A stretch of 64,000 nucleotides of DNA from NCBI GenBank assembly GCA_009782515.1, contig WRIY01000005.1:812-64811 (forward strand), read 5' to 3'. Origin of the DNA: Eubacteriaceae bacterium. Its GTDB lineage: Bacteria; Bacillota; Clostridia; Eubacteriales; Anaerofustaceae. The notes beneath the pieces were generated by a model. The model saw only the letters and a list, made by a program, of their open reading frames with translations, was not told the origin of the DNA and ran no database searches. This document shows, one piece after another, positions 58,049 through 64,000 of the stretch (position 1 is its first letter; each line of letters opens with the position of its first letter). Position numbers and translations under genes: made by a program.

Positions 58049-59095
58049 ATGGGCACAAAAAAACGCGTTGGCATAGTGTTTGGAGGCAGGAGCGGAGAAC
58101 ATGAAATATCCCTGCTGTCTGCTTATAATGTTATAAAAGCGCTTGACACGGACAGCTTTGAGGCTACATACGTTGGCATTACCGAACAAGGCGAATGGCT
58201 ATTGTATACCGGCGATCCTGAAAATATACCGGACGGAAGCTGGCAGGCAGATGCTTCAACGGCAGCACCCGTTGGTTCGCTATTTGACGGCCCGCTTAGC
58301 GATATCGATATATTTTTCCCCGTGCTTCATGGCACATATGGAGAGGATGGCACTATACAGGGGCTGTTTGAAATGATGGGCAAAGCTTATGTCGGCTGCG
58401 GTGTGCTGGCAAGCGCAGCTTGCATGGACAAAAGCATTACAAAAGCAATACTGCGCCCACTAGGCATCCCCATGGCATATGGATTGGTGCTGGATAGCGC
58501 GCATGAGGCTATTGAAAAAATTGAGTCGGAGCTTGAGTACCCTGTCTTTGTAAAGCCATCAAGCCTTGGATCAAGCGTTGGCGTTTCCAAAGCGTATGAC
58601 AGGCAACTCCTGGCACATGCAATTAACGAAGCATTTATATACAGCAGCAAAGTGCTTGTCGAAGAATTCATTGACGGTTTTGAAATAGAAGCAGCAGTGC
58701 TCGGCAATGAAGACCCGATATTTTGCGGCATAGGCCAAATCGTGCCGTGCAATGATTTTTATGACTATGACGCAAAGTACCTGAGAGGCGATGACTCAGA
58801 GGTAATAATCCCTGCACAAATACCTGAGCAGGCTGAAGAAGAGATTCGCCAAACTGCATTAAAGGCTTATAGGGAAATGGGCCTGTCAGGGCTGTCGCGG
58901 CTTGACTTCTTTTATACGAAAGATGGCAGAGTAGTGCTTAATGAGATCAATACAATGCCAGGCTTTACTAACATTAGCATGTATCCAAAACTATGCGCAA
59001 ACGCTGGCATTCCATACAGCGAGCTTATATCAAGGCTTATATCGCTTGGATTTGAGAGGCATGCCAAAAAGAACGAGCTAAAGTACAAAAGATAA
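58049..59095 (+). CDS. ddl: D-alanine--D-alanine ligase
   Basis: Motifs are VGIVFGGRSGEHEISL, PVLHGTYGEDGTIQG, YPVFVKPSSLGSSVG and LNEINTMPGFT. Confidence 0.92.
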   Translation: MGTKKRVGIVFGGRSGEHEISLLSAYNVIKALDTDSFEATYVGITEQGEWLLYTGDPENIPDGSWQADASTAAPVGSLFDGPLSDIDIFFPVLHGTYGEDGTIQGLFEMMGKAYVGCGVLASAACMDKSITKAILRPLGIPMAYGLVLDSAHEAIEKIESELEYPVFVKPSSLGSSVGVSKAYDRQLLAHAINEAFIYSSKVLVEEFIDGFEIEAAVLGNEDPIFCGIGQIVPCNDFYDYDAKYLRGDDSEVIIPAQIPEQAEEEIRQTALKAYREMGLSGLSRLDFFYTKDGRVVLNEINTMPGFTNISMYPKLCANAGIPYSELISRLISLGFERHAKKNELKYKR

Positions 59096-59107
59096 GAGGC
59101 ATTTTGA

Positions 59108-60763
59108 ATGGATGGAAGGCTCAGAATAGAACGCTGGCTGGAAAGCCTGGTCAGGGAGGCGATAAAGGCCATTGAAATCGACAGTGAAGCATCAAGCGCT
59201 GATATAGAGATCTCAGTGCCAAAGTCTCCGGAACAAGGCGATTTCTCCACAAATATTGCGCTGAAGGCTGCTAAGGCGGCAAAGAAGCTGCCAACAGCGC
59301 TTGCTTCCGAAATCGCTGGGGCAATTAAGGCAGCAGGCACTCCTATAACAAAAATCGAAGTTGCAAACCCCGGGTTTATTAACTTCTTTTTGGCTCCTGC
59401 TGTATACCAGGATGAGCTTTTGCAGATATTAAAAAATGGCGAGGAATATGGCTCAATAGAGCTAAACGCGCCACGCTCGATAATCGTTGAGTATGTCAGC
59501 GCAAACCCCACAGGCCCTGTGCACATTGGCAATGCCAGAGGCGGCGCTGTTGGCGACAGCATTGCCAACATTTTCGCAAAGGCCGGCTGGACTGTCCTAA
59601 AAGAATTCTATGTTAATAATGCCGGCAACCAGATAGCCAAATTTGGCCAGTCCCTTTCTGCAAGGTATATGCAGCTCTCAGACGCAAGCTATCCATTCCC
59701 TGAAGATGGCTATATGGGCGATGACATAAAGGAGCTTGCCAGGCAGTATGCAGCCGGCAGCGATAATGGCCTTGAAAGCAAAAGCGATGGTGAGAGGGAA
59801 GCTATCCTTAGCGAATATGCGCTTAGCCATAATATTGCCAAGATGAAAGCTGATCTGCTAAGATATGGCATCGGCTACGACAACTGGTTTTTTGAGTCAA
59901 CTCTGTACGAATCAGCGAATGGCGAAGTGCTGGAATTGCTTAGGGGCAATGGAGCTGTATACGAGAAGGACGGCGCTGTGTGGTTTGAAGCAACAAAGTT
60001 CGGCTGTGAGAAAGACGAAGTCCTTCTTAGGTCAAACGGGCTTCCCACTTACATGCTATCAGATATTGCATACCATTATGACAAGCTGCATAAGCGGGGC
60101 TTTGACATTGCAGCCAATGTATGGGGCGCAGACCACCATGGCCATGTCGCAAGGATGAAAGCAGCGATGCAGGCACTTGGAATAGACCCGAACAGGCTCG
60201 TAATCATTCTTATTCAGCTGGTTCATCTTGTAGAAGGCGGCGAAACAGTAAGGATGTCGAAAAGAAAAGGGCAAATCGCTGAACTCTCTGATCTTATCGA
60301 TGAGGTAGGATCTGATGCAGCGCGATTTATATTTAACCTCAACAATGCCAGCACCCATATTGATTTTGACTTAAGCCTTGCTGTAGAGCAATCAAATGAG
60401 AACCCTGTTTTCTATGTCCAATATGCGCATGCCAGGATTATGTCTATACTAAAAAACATTAATGCGGAAGATGGCGCTATTGATCAAAGCCTGCTGGCCG
60501 AGCCTTCAGAAATGGCACTGCTGAAGAAGCTTTGCGAATTTTCAAAGGAAATTTACCAAGCGGCAATAGAATTTGATCCATCCCGCATAACACGCTACGC
60601 TTATAGCCTGGCCACGCTCTTTCACAGTTTTTACAATGCTGTGAGGGTAAACAATGATGATATGGCTCTTAGGGCTGCGCGGCTATCGCTTGTGAAAGCG
60701 GTTGGAATAGTGCTTAGAAGCTCCCTGTCGCTTATAGGCGTAAGCGCGCCGGAAAGCATGTAG
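59108..60763 (+). CDS. argS: Arginyl-tRNA synthetase
   Basis: VEYVSANPTGPVHIGNARGG (HIGH-type motif) and MSKRKG (KMSK motif) are present, with a C-terminal DALR-like anticodon-binding domain. Confidence 0.93.
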   Translation: MDGRLRIERWLESLVREAIKAIEIDSEASSADIEISVPKSPEQGDFSTNIALKAAKAAKKLPTALASEIAGAIKAAGTPITKIEVANPGFINFFLAPAVYQDELLQILKNGEEYGSIELNAPRSIIVEYVSANPTGPVHIGNARGGAVGDSIANIFAKAGWTVLKEFYVNNAGNQIAKFGQSLSARYMQLSDASYPFPEDGYMGDDIKELARQYAAGSDNGLESKSDGEREAILSEYALSHNIAKMKADLLRYGIGYDNWFFESTLYESANGEVLELLRGNGAVYEKDGAVWFEATKFGCEKDEVLLRSNGLPTYMLSDIAYHYDKLHKRGFDIAANVWGADHHGHVARMKAAMQALGIDPNRLVIILIQLVHLVEGGETVRMSKRKGQIAELSDLIDEVGSDAARFIFNLNNASTHIDFDLSLAVEQSNENPVFYVQYAHARIMSILKNINAEDGAIDQSLLAEPSEMALLKKLCEFSKEIYQAAIEFDPSRITRYAYSLATLFHSFYNAVRVNNDDMALRAARLSLVKAVGIVLRSSLSLIGVSAPESM

Positions 60764-60764
60764 C

Positions 60765-61541
60765 CTAATATGATACAAAGAAATGGCGTTTCATCCACCG
60801 CTTAACAGAGGGCTTATTAAACACAAAGCTTGATAAAAAAGCTCCGAGCATGTTGAGCAGTAAATCGTCAATATCGCACACTCCGGTCATCAAGGCTAAC
60901 TGCAGGAGCTCGATTGCCGATATAAAAACAAAAATGCAGCACAGGCAGTGTGAGGGCTTTCGCATGCTCTTAAACAAGACAGGCAGCATTAGCGACAGAG
61001 GCGACATGGCAAGGATATTTCCAATAATATTGTTAAACGCGTCTTTGCTGCTAATATAGCCCCTGCGCCACCCGTTTGCATATAAATACAATGTTTTTAA
61101 AGGAACGAAGTTAGTAGACTGCCTAATATACCTTCGCATCTCAAGCTGGCTGTAATCAAGCCAGCTTAAAATATTTGAGGCGCTTCGCCCGTAAAGGGGA
61201 TCTATAAGAAGCATGTTTAGGGCTAATATAAGATAGAGCGCAAAAGCGTAGGCAAAGCAGCAGTGCATAACCCGAGCCTGCATTTGCTCTTCGCCCAGCA
61301 TAACGCACAAAAAATAGCATGCTGCAAAACATGCTGCTATGCTCACAAACCAAATGCCAAGCTTTAGGGCTGCTACAGAAGCCTTTACGCCATAGCGCCA
61401 CATAATGCTTCCAATATGCGCGCCTGCTGATGGCGCAAACTCAAAGACACTATACATGGCTAGGAATAAAAAGCTGATGAAAAAGCATATTACTGGCAAA
61501 AGCAGCGTTCGCTTTTTGCTCTTATGCGCAATATCCGGCAT
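60765..61541 (-). CDS. VanZ-like family membrane protein
   Basis: The protein is polytopic, with the C-terminal motif CDIDDLLLNMLGAFLSSFVF typical of VanZ. Confidence 0.7.
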   Translation of the reverse strand: MPDIAHKSKKRTLLLPVICFFISFLFLAMYSVFEFAPSAGAHIGSIMWRYGVKASVAALKLGIWFVSIAACFAACYFLCVMLGEEQMQARVMHCCFAYAFALYLILALNMLLIDPLYGRSASNILSWLDYSQLEMRRYIRQSTNFVPLKTLYLYANGWRRGYISSKDAFNNIIGNILAMSPLSLMLPVLFKSMRKPSHCLCCIFVFISAIELLQLALMTGVCDIDDLLLNMLGAFLSSFVFNKPSVKRWMKRHFFVSY

Positions 61542-61586
61542 GAAGCAATTATATCATATATAAGCAGCCTTGCTTATTGGCTAACT

Positions 61587-62693
61587 CTATATAGCTATAA
61601 AGTCAGAAGATCGGAAGTAGAAGAAAGCTGCATCATTTTGGCGGGATCCATTAACTATTTTGCCGCCCAGCCCTATCTCGTCCCCATCCTGAAGCTCGGC
61701 CATATAGCCTCTCTTAATAAATTCATTGTTAACAAATGTATGGTTTGTATTGCTGATATCTTCGATAAAAACCTTATTGCCAACTAATCTGATCTTTGCA
61801 TGGAGCCTGCTTACATAAAGCTTGTCCTTTAAGTACACAGATGCGCTTGCTGCCCTTCCCAATACAATCTCAGGCTTGTCTATGGAAATCGAAAAGTCTC
61901 CTGATATGGAAACAAGCTCGAATGCATTGGCAGCGCTGCTTTCAATATCGCTATCGCTTTCGGCAGACACTTCTGCCCTTTCTTTATAAACACTGACAGG
62001 CTCATCGAATAAGTCCATATTGATGGGCACAGTTGGGGAAGAGTATTGGGCTTCTTCGCCGCCTTTCGAAAGGGATTCTGGCTGTAAGTGCTTGTTTTCC
62101 GGCTCGATAATGATAGCATCTACAACCAATATGCCTTCATCTTCCTCAAGCTCCTCTGCAAAGACTGCTTCAAGCACCTCGCTGTCATCAGTTGGCGAGG
62201 CAGCGGCTTCCTGCTTAGCAGGCTCGCTTGCCATTGCAGTTTGCGCTTGCAGCGAAGACAGCTTCTCAGCTAAACTTTCAGCTGCTGTTTGCTGCTTTGC
62301 AGGTTGAGCAGCATCATCAGCCAGTACGGCAATCGGCTCTATAGGCTTAGCCTGTGCTTCTTCAGCTTCAGCAGCTGCAGTTTTGTTAAGCCGCGATTTT
62401 GCTGTCTGGTATCCGGCAGGGGTGTACGCAGCTGTTTTCGTGCTTTTTGCGGCATTGCTCTTTTTAGCTCTCGAAGGGTGCACTTTAATGGCTGTGCTGC
62501 CTTGCACAGAGCTGGCTTGCTCCTTTTTTTTCTGGTAGCTAGGGAGAGAATTGCCTTTTGACGCTTCTCGCGCTTCCCTGGTAATTAGGGATGAGCATTT
62601 CGAGCATCGGATTTGTGTTAGCGGGTTTTCATGGCCGCATTGCGGGCATGAAGTGCTTTGTTTTTCCATCTTTTCGGCGCTGGAAACGACCAC
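61587..62693 (-). CDS. Zinc-ribbon plus FHA-domain protein with a long A/E/K/Q-rich linker
   Basis: The N-terminal ribbon is CPQCGHENPLTQIRCSKCS. The C-terminal FHA domain is IVLGRAASASVYLKDKLYVSRLHAKI...NTNHTFVNN. The start is either the GTG at 62693 or the ATG at 62669. Confidence 0.8.
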   Translation of the reverse strand: MVVSSAEKMEKQSTSCPQCGHENPLTQIRCSKCSSLITREAREASKGNSLPSYQKKKEQASSVQGSTAIKVHPSRAKKSNAAKSTKTAAYTPAGYQTAKSRLNKTAAAEAEEAQAKPIEPIAVLADDAAQPAKQQTAAESLAEKLSSLQAQTAMASEPAKQEAAASPTDDSEVLEAVFAEELEEDEGILVVDAIIIEPENKHLQPESLSKGGEEAQYSSPTVPINMDLFDEPVSVYKERAEVSAESDSDIESSAANAFELVSISGDFSISIDKPEIVLGRAASASVYLKDKLYVSRLHAKIRLVGNKVFIEDISNTNHTFVNNEFIKRGYMAELQDGDEIGLGGKIVNGSRQNDAAFFYFRSSDFIAI

Positions 62694-63060
62694 TTATGTG
62701 GGCAAGGAATGCGCCCCTCCTTATCGGCATAATAAAGGCAGTAGGCTGCCTTTAAGCATATTACAGAACCAGCTGTGATTTCCAAATGCTTTCAAACTTG
62801 CCAAAGAAAGGTTTGTGTAGAAATAATTCTATACAGCTAATTCTTGGTTTTTCAGTTATTGTATAACAGCTCATTTAGTTATCGTGAATATTCGCTGCCT
62901 TAAACTCGATATACCATATATTATATCATTAAATATTATGAAATAAATATGGAGGTGGACAAATGATGGCCATGTATCTTTTTTTTTTCGCTATAGCAAT
63001 AAAATCAATTATTGTTGTTATACTAATAATAACGAATATCAATAAGCAAAGGAGCAACAA

Positions 63061-63372
63061 ATGGCCATTATAACAATTACAAAAGAAAATTTTGTTGATG
63101 AGGTTCTAAATACTGAAGAAACCGTGCTGCTCGATTTTTGGGCAGATTGGTGTGGCCCATGCAAGGTTATATCACCTTTTATTGATGAAATAGCTGAGGA
63201 AATGAATAATATAAAAGTTTGCAAAGTTAACGTAGACGAAGAGCCTGAGATAGCCGGCAGCCTGAATGTAATGTCTATACCTACCCTGGCTGTGTTTAGA
63301 GGCGGCAAGATGGTGCAAAGGGCATCAGGGGCAAGGCCAAAAGAAGAAATTCTAAGCCTGCTTGAAGTATAA
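63061..63372 (+). CDS. trxA: Thioredoxin
   Basis: The active site is WADWCGPCK. The protein is 103 aa, and AAAGGAG precedes the ATG. Confidence 0.92.
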   Translation: MAIITITKENFVDEVLNTEETVLLDFWADWCGPCKVISPFIDEIAEEMNNIKVCKVNVDEEPEIAGSLNVMSIPTLAVFRGGKMVQRASGARPKEEILSLLEV

Positions 63373-64000
63373 GCGGTTGAGCGCTAACAAGGCAGCGCTT
63401 TTAGGCGCTGCGCTTATGCTTGCTTTTTTGCCAGGCTGTGGTGCCAGCAATTCTCCTGGCACGAGCGTGCAAAAAGCAGAATACATCCGCATTAGCGCCC
63501 AGGAAGCACACGAAATGATGTCGCAGAGCGAGTCTTTTGTATTGCTTGACGTGCGCAACCCCGATGAATTTAAACCAATGCATATTCAAGGGGCAGTTCT
63601 GATTCCCGGATCCGAAATTGCTGCGCGCGCTGAAAAAGAGCTTCCTGACAAGGCCGCTGCAATATTCGTCTACTGCCAAAGCGGCAGAAGAAGCCAGGCA
63701 GCTGCAAATGCCCTGCTTGAGCTGGGCTACAGCCAAGTATATGACTTTGGGGCAATTGGCGACTGGCCATTTGGCACAGTCAGCGACAGCAGCTCAGGCG
63801 CTCAGGCCAGCGGCAAGCTCATTATTCGCTTTGACTTTGAAAAGCAGACAGGCTCTGCATCTAACCAATATGCTATATGGATAGAAGGCCTTGACGGCAC
63901 ACTTGTAAAAACTGTCTGCGTAACTTCATATACGGTTAACGGCGGCTACGGCAAAAGGCCTGACTCAATACCGCTTTATGTTCAAAAGGCTGATATCGGC
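63362..64000 (+). CDS. Lipoprotein with a rhodanese domain and a further C-terminal domain (partial, runs off the window)
   Basis: Not in the ORF track because it is open-ended. My translation is (M)KYKRLSANKAALLGAALMLAFLPGCGAS... (lipobox LPGC), then ...VLLDVRNPDEFKPMHIQGAVLIP...VYCQSGRRSQAAANAL (CX4R active-site loop), then ...NQYAIWIEGLDGTLVKTV, which tentatively resembles DUF2271. An alternative TTG start lies at 63377. Confidence 0.7.
   Translation, partial: MKYKRLSANKAALLGAALMLAFLPGCGASNSPGTSVQKAEYIRISAQEAHEMMSQSESFVLLDVRNPDEFKPMHIQGAVLIPGSEIAARAEKELPDKAAAIFVYCQSGRRSQAAANALLELGYSQVYDFGAIGDWPFGTVSDSSSGAQASGKLIIRFDFEKQTGSASNQYAIWIEGLDGTLVKTVCVTSYTVNGGYGKRPDSIPLYVQKADIG

Noticed and set aside
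1-64000. Scan for CRISPR arrays, rRNA, IS elements/transposases, integrases, and toxin-antitoxin or known defence-system signatures
   Set aside because: Reading both strands, I saw no regularly spaced direct repeats, rRNA-like sequence, or DDE/serine/tyrosine recombinase motifs. The only repeats found are the 19-bp palindromes (1322-1447) and the 21-bp tandem duplication (22308-22349).

Overview
This looks like a chromosomal window from a spore-forming Firmicute, probably Clostridia-like. The evidence is the rny-ymdB-spoVS block, a spoIVFA/spoIVFB-like pair, recD2, hpf, and lipoproteins with lipoboxes. All calls come from reading the ORF translations and the DNA by eye; no searches were run.

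Layout:
- 1-3.7 kb: a phage or integrative-element remnant with divergent XRE repressors, a frameshifted third XRE gene, five phased palindromic iterons, and a replication initiator plus DnaC-like loader. It abuts the 3' end of tRNA-Arg(CCU).
- 4-13.9 kb: an Fe-S aldo/keto reductase, a DUF2087/HTH regulator, and a D-lyxose/D-mannose-type sugar locus (isomerase, mutarotase-like, PfkB kinase, divergent RbsACB-like ABC transporter).
- 14.1-16.8 kb: a bicistron of a triple zinc-ribbon protein and a full-length acetyl-CoA synthase (AcsB) paralogue whose Ni-binding Cys-Gly-Cys reads Ile-Gly-Ala.
- 16.9-30.1 kb: housekeeping and sporulation genes, plus a 973-aa membrane protein with a very long acidic low-complexity tail.
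- 30.6-33.6 kb: a 1014-aa VWA protein with no signal peptide or sorting signal.
- 34-38.9 kb: a canonical but minimal cooS-cooC-acsB operon.
- 39.5-46.4 kb: a five-gene cluster of uncharacterised zinc-ribbon/membrane/lipoprotein genes headed by a polytopic-membrane LuxR regulator.
- 46.9-64 kb: housekeeping genes (dxr, rsmG, glnS, recJ, apt, tRNA-Val, proC, pncB, ddl, argS, trxA).

I saw no rRNA, CRISPR array, transposase or integrase. The most unusual item is the degenerate ACS paralogue and its zinc-ribbon partner. The LuxR/zinc-ribbon envelope cluster and the leaderless VWA protein are second-tier candidates.
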